Shown piece by piece: positions 12,701-24,899 of a DNA stretch of 64,000 nt. Within the stretch, counting starts at the first letter, position 1. Every line of letters begins with the position of its first letter. Made by a program: the position numbers and the translations under genes. Source of the stretch: Paragordius varius (taxonomy: Eukaryota; Animalia; Nematomorpha); contig OZ176054.1 in NCBI GenBank assembly GCA_964247055.1, positions 13,082,001 through 13,146,000 of the forward strand, read 5' to 3'. The notes beneath the pieces were generated by a model. That model did no database searches and had not been told where the DNA came from. It was given only the letters and a program-made list of their open reading frames with translations.

Positions 12701-15700
12701 CAATTAATTTATAATTTATTATAATTAGGTTCCAAAGAAAATTTATTAGATGATACAGATGTTTTGACTCCCCCCTTAAATTTTGGGCAAAATAATCTTG
12801 AAACTGCCCAAAAACATCTGATCTTACAAAAATCAATCGAGGATTTAAAGGAAAAAGTTGCTACACTCTCAAACAAAAAATTAAAAGTTTATATTTTACA
12901 GTTAACTCTAGATTTTTTATAGAAAACAGTAAAAACTCTTAAAAAATATAAAGACAACCATATTTTTTGTTCGAAAAGACAACCAACTACCATACTTTTA
13001 AATTTTGATTTTTTATAAATATAACTCATTATTTAATATTGCATAGTTTGAAAATAGAGATGTATATTACTCAGACAATCAATTCTATATTTTACAAACG
13101 TAATTAATTAGCTTTATATAGGAAAAATTAAGTGTTAAAAAAAGTATGGTGGGTTGTCTTTTAATAATATTTGCCTTATAAATTTACTTTTTGTCCGTGT
13201 AATTTTAATTTTTACTGTACTTTTTTTAACCTTCCTTGATATTTTTTGAACAATTAAATATATTAAATTTGTGAAATATATAATTGAGAATATTATCGAT
13301 TCCATTTTTATTATGTGTTTTTTATTTCATATGATGAGTTTTATCAAACAAATAGGGGTAAAAATTATATTTTTTTTGTATTTATTTTTCTTTATAAGAT
13401 TATTTTTTTATAATTATTTTTTACATTTTATATATAGTTGACAAAAATCTTAAATGGTGTGGAAAAAACTGGGTATAAATTTATATATATATTTAATCTT
13501 TTTTTAAGGATAAAATTTAATTTTTTATATTTTAATTATACAGTGCAAATAACTCTAACAATACCCAAAAACTGGATGATGAAACCACAATTAATAGTAT
13601 ATAAATTTAATTTCTTTTTAAATTTTTTTTTAATTTGGACCCTAGAATTTTAAAAAAATAAGTCAAATATTTAAATTTTTCAATCTTTAAAATATTGTAA
13701 GATTGCTAATTTTTTAATATTTTTAACAATTAATAATATATATATTAGCAAAAAAATGTGGTTATTAATTTATTTTAAAAAATTTGAAATTTTAATTTTT
13801 GGTAATTTAATTGAATAAAATTAATAAAACTTTTTATCATCATAATAGAATTACAAAACGAATTTAATCGGAGACTTGAATTGAATGATTCCCCCAAACA
13901 TTCCTACACCATGAAAAATCAATCATCAACAATAAAAACTATGGAAAATGATAAAAATTTTATTGCTTCAAAAGATGGTATAATTCATTTACCCTTGAAC
14001 AATTTAAATTCACCCTATTATGAAATATGTGTGTTTTGATATTAAAAATTACCTATTTTTAACATTTTAAAACAATGAAATTTGTTTAAATCTAACATAA
14101 TACTGAAAAAAATTATAAACTTAGTCATAATATTTTCATATTAATAATGATGGGTTTTATTAGTGCCCGAAAACAAATAATTTATTTTTAAGGTGAAAAA
14201 TTTGAATTGTTCAAGGGTGAATTTGAACTGTGAATGCTATAAAATTTTATTTAAAATGTTTTTTTATTTATTTTCCATTAAAAAAATATTTTTATCATAA
14301 TTATAATGATAGTATAATAAAAAATATCATAATTTTAAAAATATAACAACATTTTTAAATGCAACATTGTAATACATGACAAAACCTTATATATGTCACT
14401 ATTAGGAGTGAAATGTTTCTAATTTATTTACGTTTTCTTTCAATAACAATTGTAAGTAAGCCTTATAATTAATTAATTTTTTGGCTATTAAGATATATAT
14501 AATATAGATTTTAAATATTAAATTTTATTTAAGAATCAAGTTTTTTTAAAAATATTATATCCTGATTTTTTTATGGAATATAGGTGACAAAAATCAAGGA
14601 AATAATGCGACAAATCTGATAGCTTATAAAGCCACATATGATTTCAAGGGTCGAACACCTGATGAGCTTAGTTTTAAGGCTGGTGATATTATTATGGTAT
14701 ATTCTTGATTAATAATTAAATAAATAAATTTTATAAATTCTTGATTAATTATAAATTTTTTTGAATATTTTTTTAAATTATACGGACAGAATTTAACAAC
14801 TAAGCAAAAAATATAGATATATTTATAAAAAGCTACTATATGCCCTTTTAAACTTAATTTTTTTTAAAAATTATAATTGAAAACGATATATAGTAAAAAT
14901 TGTAATTTTACGGACAAAATGTAAAAAACGTAAAGACAAATATTTTTTTCAAAAGACAACCCCATACTTTTTAAATCTTGATTTTTAAAATTTGAATGAT
15001 TGTTAAAAATTGCATAGTGTGAAATAGAGTGTATATTGGTAATACAATCAATTTAAATATTTTACTATTGTAATAAATCATTTATATCGAAAAAATTTAT
15101 GTTTAAAAAATATTGAGTTGTCTTTTAGAAAAAATAATTTGTCTTTATATTTTTACATTTTGTCCGTTGTATAATTCCACTTTTTACTGTAAATTGGTAC
15201 ACACTCATTATAATTTATAATTAAAATCCAATCAATAGTTTATATCGGAAAAATTCAGGTTTAAAAATGTATGGTTGTCTTTTATAAGAAATTATTTGTC
15301 TTTATATTTTTACATTTTGTCCGTATAATTTCATTTTTACTCTAAATTGGTAATACACTTAATATAATTTATAAATCCATTCAATAGTTTATATCAGAAA
15401 AGGTAGATTTAAATAATATGGTTCTTTTATAAAAAATATTTGTCTTTATATTTTTACGTTTTGTCCGTATAATTTCAATTTTACTGCAAATTTATAACTA
15501 AGACGCTTAATATAATTTACAAATCCATTCAATAGTTTATATGGGAAAAATTAAGGTTTAAAAAATATGGTTGTATTTTAAGAAAAAAATTGTCTTTATG
15601 TTTTTTGTCCGTATAATATCAATTTTTACTGTAAATTGGTAACACATCTTAATATAATTTACTATTGAAATCCATTCAATAGTTTATATCGGAAAAATTT

Positions 15701-18700
15701 AGATTTTAAAAATATGGATGTCTTTTAAGAAAATATTTGTCTTTATATTTTTACGTTTTGTTCGTTGTATAATTTCAATTTATACTAATATTTCGTAACA
15801 CACTAAATATAATTTACAATTAAAATCCATTCAATTGTTTATATGGGTAAAATTTAGATTTTAAAAATATGGTTGGTTGTCTTTTAGAAAAAAATATTTG
15901 TCTTTATATTTTTACGTTTTGTCCGTTGTATAATTTCGGTTTTTACTGTAAATTGGTAACACATTTAATATAATTTACTATTGAAAACCATTCAATAGTT
16001 TATATGGGTAAAATTTAGATTTTAAAAAGTATATGGTTGTCTTTTAGAAAAAAATATTTGTCTATTGATTTGTCTCTAATTTACGTTTTGTCCTTTGTAT
16101 AATTTCGGTTTTTACTGTAAATTGTAACCAACAGACTTAATATAATTTACAAATCCATTCAATAGTTTATATCGGAAAAATTAAAGTTTAAAAAATATGG
16201 AGTTGTCTTTTAGAAAAAAATATTTTTATTTATATTTGACGTTTTGTCCGTTGTATAATTTCAGTTATACTGTAAATCAAAGAAAATTATTCAATAGTTT
16301 ATATCGGAAAAATTCAGATTTTAAAAAATATGGAGTTGTCTTTTAGATAAAAATATTTGTCTTTATATTTTTACATTTTGTCCATTGTATAATTTCAATT
16401 TTTACTGTAAATTAAAGAAAATTATTCAATAGTTTATATCAGAAAAATTTAGATTTAAAAAATATGGTTGTCTTTTTTGTCGCTATATTTTGACGTTTTG
16501 TCCGTTGTATAATTTCGGTTTTTACTGCATTATAAATTATTTTTTTAATTTTTTCTGAAAATATTATTAAAATATTTAAATTAATATTTTTTTTTGAAAT
16601 ATTTAGGTTCGTGAAAATGAAAACTCAGAAGACGGTTGGCTTGGGGGAAAGATTGGGAATGTTATTGGGTGGTTCCCTGCAACTTATGCCCTAAAAATGG
16701 ATGAAAAGTTTAAAATTTTGAAAAAAACTTTATTTCCTTACAAAAAAAACAGTTTTTTTATATATTCAAAAATGTCAAATTAAGGAAATTTAAAATGGAG
16801 TTATTCCACACTTTTTGGGAATAATTATAAAAATGGAATATTTTTTATAATAAGCTTTATTTTCTATTTTTTAAATAGTTTTTGCGATTCGGCAAAACTA
16901 TACCATATTAGAATGTCGTATATATTGTAAATTAACTTATCATTTTTATTTTATATATCGATTTAAATGACAAAAATCTTATTTACTTATCTTTGATTGG
17001 GCCAACCAACGCAACGATATATATAAATATTCCTTAAAAGTATAATTGATCATATAATGAATTTGTTAGGATTTTTTGATGCGAATTTACTAATTAATTA
17101 CATATTTCACGCCTTATTTTTCCATAATCTTTCTGTACAAAAAAGTACATTTTGGTTTTATAAATTTGAATTTTTACCATATTAATTAGCAATCCAAAAT
17201 CTACTGCCGCCTTTAATACCACAATTGAATTAAACAAAGATAAATCCTTAGCCTTAAAAAAAGCTTTAGCCCTTTTCCCGCTAAATTCCACTAATCCGGG
17301 CGATTTGAGTTTTGGTAAAAATGATATCATAACCATTCAATCTGAATTGGATGATAATTGGTGGATAGCCACGTTACAAAATGATCCTACAAAAGTTTAA
17401 TTTAATTATAAAATTTAAAATAAAATAATTTAAAAAATTTATTTGCATACGGTAAAATTAAACAAGTTTTTAGCTTTTTACTTATTTCTTATTAGATAGT
17501 TATAATATAATTTTTGGGTAATCTAAGTTCATTTTTACATTCTAATCATATATATTAGGTAAAAAATTAAAGGTTTTTTTTTAAAAAAAGGATACAATCT
17601 TTTTTAATTTTTAAATATTGAAATTTAGTTTTTTAAGGGTTATTTTATCAATTTTACCCATATTTATTTCCAATTTTCACGCATTTTCAATAAAAATTAT
17701 TTCTATTTCCCTTAGAAAGGATACGTGCCAAAAGCCTATTTCAAACTCTTATCAGGGGATGAAGGAATCCCAGTAGCCACTGAAAGTCAGCCTAAAAAAT
17801 CTGTTTTTGCAAGCTTTGGAAAAGGGTTTTAAATTTTCTTTTTAAAAAAATTCTTGTATTCTGAAATGGTTGGGTTTTTTATACTAAAGTTTATAGATAT
17901 AAAAATTTTGGACATTTATAGAGATAAACTTTTTTATTTTGTGAATGGGTTTTCTTTGAAAGAATTTCAATAACAGTTATTTTAAATAAGAAAAAATTTC
18001 TGTGCGAAATAATCAGTACTTTAAAGGTTTTTTATAATTAATTTGCAAAATAGCCTTTGTTAAAATATTATATTATCTATAAATATATAAAAAAACTAGT
18101 TTTTGTTTAAAATATCATTGCAAAACTATTCAAAATAGAAATATAAAAAAGAGGGTTTTAATATATTTTTATAAAAAATATTAACTAAATGAAAATTTTA
18201 ATCATAAATATTTTATTTCCCCCTTTAGAGATTCTATCGAAACAGACGCTTTTTCTACTACCAGCCAAAATAAAAACTCAAAACAAGCTGACCACCTATT
18301 TGGTTTTGAATCGAGTTTTTCCGATGAAATTCCTAGTAATATCAATTTTAATCTTATTGATAATAATAATTCACTCATCAAAAGCCAATCTATTAGTTCC
18401 ACAACTGATAAGGTGCCGACAGAAAAATCCATGTTTAAAAACTTAAATACGGATTCAAAAAATGAAGTTTTAAGTTCAGAACAACGCTTAATAGAATCAA
18501 GTGAGTATTACATATTGATTTATATATATTTTAGTTTTTTACTGCTAAAACTTTTTTGGGATACTTTTTAAATGATAGGATTTATTTTTATCATTTGAAT
18601 ATATACCATTTACAGTTAAAATTTACCCTTTAACAGAATTCTTGAACAATTCAAATTCACTCTAAAAATAAATTATGTGTTTTTCGAATATAACTCTCAT

Positions 18701-21700
18701 TATTAATATGAAATATATATTTATCATAGTTTATTATTTTTTCTGTATTATTTTAATTTTATTTTTAAAAATATATAAAAATATAGGTAATTTTTAATCT
18801 TAAAAAATATATTGATTTATTTGAAGGTGAATTTAAATTATTCAAGGTTAAATTTAATTTATAAATGGTATAGTAGTATAGGAATATATATTAATTAAAA
18901 AACAGAGTTTTATTAATAAAAAGCCGCAAAAAAATAAAAAAGTCAACAAAATCATTAGATCAACATATATAAATTAGGTTTTTAAATACGGGTATTTAAT
19001 AGGGAACTCCTATTGATTCTTAATGTAAAAATAATTAAATTTTAAAAAATATGATTAATTTCTTTTTTAACATAATTACACACTATATAGCGAAATAATA
19101 TAATTCTGTCCATAACATTTGACATATTTCTAATTTTTTTTTAAACTATTAAACCTTTTTAATTAAAAAGGAATTTTAAAAAAACAATTATTTTTTTCAA
19201 AAAAAAAGCAGCCATACTTTTCAAAACTTTAATAATTTACTCAAATCTATCCCTTTGAGCGAAATAGGCGTTTAGGTTATATAAAAATCCCTTAAACAAA
19301 TAATAATAAAGAAAGTATTAGTTTTTGTCCGTTTTTACATTTATTGTCTTTATAATGTAAAAAAAATTAAATTTTAATATACCTCTACATATTTTAAACT
19401 CTAAACTTTTTTTGCTGTCTGTCCTATAATTTAGCGGAACCATATGTTTCCTTGTACGCATTCGAAGCTCAAGAAGCGGGAGATTTATCATTCCCGCCAG
19501 GTGCCATAATTTTAGTGGATCGAAAATGTTTAAATCCCAATGCCAATAGCGATTGGTGGACTGGTCACGTGAAACAAGAACGGACCAATAATTGGTTAAC
19601 TGGCATTTTCCCGCGAAATTATGTTAAACCAACCACGGCTGGTTCTACTCATCAGCACATTGGAGATCTTATTAGTAAAAAGATGGCGCAAAATCAGATG
19701 GGGGTGGATTTAAAACTTATATACTTTTTGATTTTCCTAATTATTTTAAACTTTTAAAGCGCTTTTTGTTAGAGCGCGCGTTTTTTAAACTCGAGAATAA
19801 ATGTTAATCTGTGTTTAAATTTTTTGATTTTTTGTCAAATTTCCCAATTATTTTATGAGGGTTTGAAAGTTGTTTTGTTCTAAAAATGTTTTTAAAAAAA
19901 TCAACTTATTATATGTTTAAATGTTAAAAACATAGCGCAAAACCAAACAGGGGTGTTCTTTTTAATGATTTCCTAGATTTTTTTGGCTTAAATTTGCTAA
20001 ATATTTAAAGTTTTAAAGCTTTATTTTATTGATCAACTTATTTTAGAAAATGTGGGGTGCAAAACACGCGAAAACTATATTCTAAATGTTTCTTATTATC
20101 TTAATATAATTGTGTTTTTTATTTAATTAATATGAATTAAATTTCAAAAATAATGTGAATTTAGCTTTATTTAATCTATCATGGCTTTTGTTTAGAACGT
20201 GGTGCAAAACACGTGAAAACTATATTCTAAATGTTTCTTATTATTTTAAGTTCAATTGTGTTTTATAAATTCTATTAATATGAATTAAATTTCAAAAATA
20301 TTGTTAAATAAGCATTATTTTTTTATTAAATCATGGCTTTTGTTTAGACTCCAAGAAAATCTATAAGTGGAAACAGCACTCTTAAGCATCAAACCAGTAT
20401 TGGGAGTGATACCAAAAAGTAAATACATTTATTGCTAAATATTATCTATAATTAATTTAATCAATTTCATTTTTACAGTAAATACGTAAAAATATAAAGA
20501 CAAATATTTTTTTCTAAAAGACAATTAACCATACTTTTTGAATCTTGATTTTTTTCATTATAACTCATTGTTTAAGATGGCAAAGTGTGAAATAGAGATA
20601 TATATTAATAACACAATCAATTCTATATTTTACAATTAAAGTTTTAAAAAGTATGGTTGTCTTTTAGAAAAAAATATTTGTCTTTATATTTTTACGTTTT
20701 GTCTGTAGAATTCCAATTTTTACTGTATTAAAAGCGGATATCGAAAAATATACATGAATAAATATCTGTATATCATGGCATATCTTTAAGATGGCAATAT
20801 TACTTTAATTATTTTTATTACGATTTCGTAAATTGAAAAAAAAGTTTGGAGCTTTTTAAATATTGTGCGCATTAATGTTACAATTTCTACCTGTAATTTT
20901 CTATTTGGGAAATCAAATTTTTTTATTCCAAAATATATAGTATACCATTTACAATTCAAATTCACCCATAAAAAAATTATATGTTTAATAAGATTTAAAA
21001 TTACCAATATTTAAAAAAAATAATATTTTGTTTTAAATTAATATAATACTGAAAAAATAATAAACTATGCCATAAAAATGTATTTAATTTTAATGATGTA
21101 TATTAGCTGTCCGAAAACACAATTTATTTTTAAGGCGAATTTGAATTGTTCAAGGGTGAATTTGTATTGTTCAAGGGTAAACTTCAATTGTTCGAGGGTG
21201 AATTTGAATTGTTTGAGGGTGAATTTAAATTGAACGAGGGTGAATTCAAATTGTTTGAGGGTGAATTTGAATTGTTCAAGAGTGAATTTGAATTATTCAA
21301 GGGTGAAACTGAATTGTTCTTGGGTGAATTTGAATTGTTCAAGGTTGGATTTGATTTGTACGCGGGTGAAATCGTTCTTGGGTGAATTTGAATTGTTCAA
21401 GGGTGAATATTTAAATTGTTTGAGGGTGAATTTGAATTGTTCAAGGATGAATTTGAATTGTTCAAGGGTGAATTTGAATTGTTCAAGGGTGAATTTGAAT
21501 TGTTTGAGGGTGAATTTGAATTGTTCGAAGGTGAATTTGAATTGTTCAAGGGTGAACTTGAATTGTTCAAGAGTGAATATTTGAATTGTTCAAGAATGAA
21601 TTTCAATTGTACGAGGGTGAATTTGAATTGTTTATTGGTGAATTTGAATTGCTCGAGCGTAAATTAAAATTGTTCAAGGATGATTTGAATTGTTCGAGGG

Positions 21701-23351
21701 CGAATTCGAATTGTTTGAGGGTGAATTTGAAGTTTGTTCGAGGGTGAATTTGAATTGTTCGAGGGTGAATTTGAATTGTTCAAGGATAAAATTTAATTGT
21801 TCAAGGGTGAATTTGAATTGTTCTTGGGTGAATTTGAATTTTTCAAGGGTTAATTTGAATTTATTCCATATTTTCTTTTAATAAAATTTATAGAATCGGA
21901 GGTTATCTAATGAAAGTCATAGCAATAGCACCATTCACCGCAGGTGGTCCTGAACAACTTTCCATATGGCCTGGACTTATCATAGGTGTTCGACGTCAAA
22001 CACCAGCGGGTTGGTGGGAGGGTGAAATCATACCCCAAGAAAATGATGTAAACTTTTTTCAAAATTTTTTTTTCAAAAAAAAAATTCTTTATTTTGTTGA
22101 GCTATTAAATCCAATATTTATTTTAAAGATTTTAATATATGATAATAGTTGATTAACAATCAAATATCTTTTTATCTATATAGATATGTGATGAGTTTAT
22201 TTTATTTTCATCAAGCAATATTTAGCTCTATTTTATTATTATTGGGTTATGTGGAAAAAAAAATTTTTGATGATACCAATTAATTGTATTAAATACGTAG
22301 CAATACACTGCTTTAAAAATTCAAAAATTGATATCGGAAAAAATATACAATACTAATCACAATCTATTTTATTGTTAAGATTGAAAAGGAATCTATAAAC
22401 AAAGGAGCCAAACAAACTATTGGATGGTTCCCAGGCTCTCATGTGAAATTTTTAAGTAGCCAAGATATTGTTGGAGATGTATTTTATTTTTTCATTTGCG
22501 GCAAAAAAATTAAAATTAACTTAACAATATAAAAAGATCCTAAAGTTTTTTTTATAAATAAATTTAAACTTTTAAATCCTTATTTTATCTATGTAACCAA
22601 ATATTGTTTTGAGTTGCGAAATACGCGCTCAATTTTATATTTGGCAATTGTATCACCTATTATAGAGAATTAAAAATTAATTTGTTTTCTCAATCTAAAA
22701 TTTATTAGTCTTTTTTTGTTTTTTTTGTAATTTTATATTTTCAAATAAATTTTTTATCAAACATAAAAACATGTCTAAATCATAGAATGGAACAACAACA
22801 ATGTTTCAAAATGCGACATCTTTATCTTCAAATTCGTTGGCATTGGCTTCTCCAACCTCGTCTACTAAAGAAAGACATATGGCTGATATAGCAAGTATAT
22901 TATACTATTTTAACATTAATGTAAATAAAAATTGTATCACTTTTATGATTTCGTATTTTTTACCGCATAATTGAAGCCATTTTAACATTTAGGACGACAG
23001 ATTTTTATTTTTGGAATTTTTTTTCGATAAAAAACTGTGTAAAAACTAATTTATATTCGAAATATTTAACAAAAAACTATGGAACCGGAACCAAAAAAAA
23101 TGTTTAAATAAGGCGGCTTTTAACTTATTTTATTTTTATTTCTAGGAAAACCGGTTGTATATACGGTTAAAGCCCTGTACGATTATGTGTCGGATCACGC
23201 AGACGACTTGGCCTTCAAAACAGGTGATCTGATTCACGTGACCGATAAAACGAGTCTTGATTGGTGGACGGGCCGGAATACAAGAACCAATCAAAGTGGC
23301 TTATTTCCTTCCAACTATGTGGCCCCATATGAAATCAATAGCACGCCTTAA
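4877..23351 (+). CDS. ITSN: Intersectin/Dap160, short form (EH-EH-coiled coil-5xSH3), ~1163 aa, 24 exons
   Basis: Exons: 4877-5019, 5049-5186, 5218-5436, 7445-7722, 8389-8539, 9442-9553, 10521-10670, 11482-11622, 12348-12423, 12729-12886, 13438-13472, 13544-13596, 13849-13977, 14584-14696, 16607-16707, 17190-17394, 17716-17825, 18229-18500, 19435-19703, 20348-20418, 21894-22047, 22380-22478, 22786-22894, 23146-23351; phases are consistent throughout. Motifs: EH1 ([28 protein letters not shown]), EH2 ([33 protein letters not shown]), [13 protein letters not shown], five SH3 domains ending GLFPSNYV then TAA. Exons 11-12 are the least certain. Confidence 0.93.
5721..6492. mobile_element. Foldback-like element with 21-bp subterminal arrays, subfamily CCATTTGCAC
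   Basis: TA|CCATTTGCAC ... GTGCAAATGG|TA; ~11 units of CTTGAACAGTTCAAGTTGGTC in the left arm (5743-5973) and ~4 inverted units in the right arm (6385-6480). Confidence 0.85.
7847..8133. mobile_element. Tc1/mariner-type MITE (CAGT family), representative copy
   Basis: TA|CAGTAAAAATTGGAATTATACGGACAAA ... TTTTGTCCGTATAATTTCAGTTTTTACTG|TA; ~90-100 bp imperfect TIRs, TA flanks, no ORF. Roughly 20 full or partial copies in the window (e.g. near 10850, 12460, 12900, 26755, 32785, 33243, 34363, 40222, 60300). Confidence 0.85.
8985..9257. mobile_element. Foldback-like MITE, subfamily CCATTTAC
   Basis: TA|CCATTTACA ... GGGTGAATTTGAATTG ... TGTAAATGG|TA. About 15 copies in the window (also near 836, 6955, 13985, 25995, 35700, 38868, 44455). 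Confidence 0.8.
9945..10214. mobile_element. CAGT-family MITE beside a (TA)n tract
   Basis: TA|CAGTAAAAATTCAAATTAAACGGACAAAA ... TTATCCGTATAATTTTAATTATTACTG. Confidence 0.8.
11644..12064. mobile_element. CCATTTAC-subfamily element with expanded left 21-bp array
   Basis: ~9 units of CTTGAACAATTCAAATTCACC (11661-11860); right end TGTAAATGG|TA. Confidence 0.8.
14890..16540. repeat. CAGT-family MITE followed by 9 tandem copies (~130-165 bp) of its right arm
   Basis: Units end in TTTTTACTGTA-like termini near 15191, 15343, 15487, 15632, 15787, 15950, 16119, 16274, 16409, 16538; each carries ATGGTTGTCTTTTAGAAAAAAATATTTGTCTTTATATTTTTACGTTTTGTCCG. Confidence 0.85.
18606..18868. mobile_element. CCATTTAC-subfamily element
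   Basis: TA|CCATTTACAG ... ATAAATGG|TA. Confidence 0.8.
20040..20347 (+). repeat. 152-bp tandem duplication ending at the intersectin exon 20 acceptor
   Basis: GGTGCAAAACACG.GAAAACTATATTCTAAATGTTTCTTATTAT and TCATGGCTTTTGTTTAGA each occur twice. Confidence 0.85.
20476..20725. mobile_element. CAGT-family MITE
   Basis: TA|CAGTAAATACGTAAAAATATAAAGAC ... CCAATTTTTACTG|TA. Confidence 0.8.
20945..21860. mobile_element. CCATTTAC-subfamily element with strongly expanded right 21-bp array
   Basis: TA|CCATTTACAATTC left end; ~33-34 units of GGGTGAATTTGAATTGTTCAA from ~21135 to 21860; terminal GTAAATGG lost. Confidence 0.82.
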
Positions 23352-23569
23352 AGTTTCGTGTTTCATTTGAACATGTGATCACAAAATAATTAACTTTAAA
23401 ACTAGTTTTACCAATACTCTGGAATAATTTATTAAATTTATATATATTTGTCGCTTTTTGTTAAACACATGTGTTTGTGCCACAAATTAGTTTCATTGAT
23501 TATTTATGTGTTTTGAATATGTGTTGTGTTTTTGTAAAAATTTCACATTGCACTACCTTATAATATATA

Positions 23570-24027
23570 TTAGCTAATAAATTTGAGAGACATGAATATG
23601 ATTGAAAAGCCTTGACGTTAAAAAAAATTTTGTAACCTGAAATAAATATTGGTGCTAAGACAGACGGTTTAATTTTTGCCGTTTTGTACACGGTAACTTC
23701 CAATAAAAAATGTATAAAAGCTAAGAGAAATGTTAAAATGCAAATATTATAAAGGCTAAAAATAAAAATAAGATTTTTACAGATTATTGTTGATATATAT
23801 TGCGGTTAGGATGCGAATAATTCCGGCCAGTAAGGTCCACAATCCAAATATTCTGGCTAATAAATTGTTTTCTGCGTAATAAAATTATTAATAAAACTTG
23901 TATAAATTGGTTCATAAAGATTAAGTATAACAGATGTGTTTTTGAAAGATGTAAAAGCGGTAAATATCGCTATAAGCCCGACAAGTCCAATCCATGCTTG
24001 TAATAATAAAATTAAAAAACCAGGCAT
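23570..24027 (-). CDS. ERG28: ERG28 (ergosterol biosynthesis 28 homolog, C14orf1), 126 aa, 4 exons
   Basis: Exons 23898-24027, 23781-23871, 23637-23755, 23570-23610, separated by 26, 25 and 26 nt GT-AG introns: MPGFLILLLQAWIGLVGLIAIFTAFTSFKNTSVILNLYEPIYTKNNLLARIFGLWTLLAGIIRILTAIYINNNLLYNICILTFLLAFIHFLLEVTVYKTAKIKPSVLAPIFISGFSIIFMSLKFIS*. Matches recalled ERG28 motifs (ARTFGxWTLL..IR, LY..TFLLA..HF..E..VY.TA, LAP). Confidence 0.88.
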
Positions 24028-24330
24028 TAAATTGTGACTTCTATGTCCATATTTTTTATTTATATTTGAAAGTTTAGTTTTTACAATAATAATTTTTCTC
24101 AAAATAAAAACCCTATTAATTAATATAAGGCGTAAAAAGTAAAACGCTTTATTTACAAAAACAGTAAAACAACCACCCATTTTTTTAATCTGATTATTTG
24201 CGTATATATTAGATTGAGAAGTATGGATTTGAGAGCAAGTGGGCTATCTTAATTCAATTGATTACATCATCACTTTTCAAATTTTATGGTAAGATAACAT
24301 AGAGGTTAAACATATTCTATTAATATTTAA

Positions 24331-24899
24331 TTTTTCGAATTAAGTTGGGGTATCTAAATACGCCAGACGAAATGTGAGTTAGGATTTTAAAAAACTACTG
24401 AAGGAAACGGTTTCATTTTAAATTTATGCTTTTATCCTAATAAAAATTATATAATAATTTTAAAACATCTAAATAAATTTTAGTTTTGAAAAAAAATTTC
24501 CATGTCAAACTACTTCGACGCCATTTTTATTTTACAAAATTTTTGTAAAATATCGTCTTCATTTAATTTTAAGAGTATTAAAGCTAATTTTTTTTAAATT
24601 ACATCTAGCATTGATAGAAATAGAAAAAGCGGTTTATTTTGTCTCATTTTTCAATTTTACCATTGCACACATGTCACGTTGACTAAATTTTTACCTTTCG
24701 GTTTTACCTTAAAATAAGTAATATGAAGTATTTTTGAATATTTATTTTTTATAATTCAGTTTATTTATGTTATATAAATCCAATATTTTGCCATGGATTC
24801 AATTCCTTCCATATTATTAAAAAGTTTAATTTAAAACAGGCTTGGGGTATTTAACTACTTCCATTTGAACCGAAGTACTAAAATGAATTGTATCAAGTG
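24331..24899 (-). mobile_element. piggyBac-type non-autonomous MITE, copy E (degenerate end)
   Basis: Ends ...GTATCAAGTG followed by TTAA (24900-24903); other end TTAA (24327-24330) then a degenerate TTTTTCGAATTAAGTTGGGGTATC. Interior is homologous to the other four copies. Confidence 0.75.

Noticed and set aside
21146-21881. Overlapping ORFs of FEGEFEL / NLNCSRV / NNSNSPL repeats
   Set aside because: Same 21-bp array effect. It is also not a CRISPR array, since there are no unique spacers.
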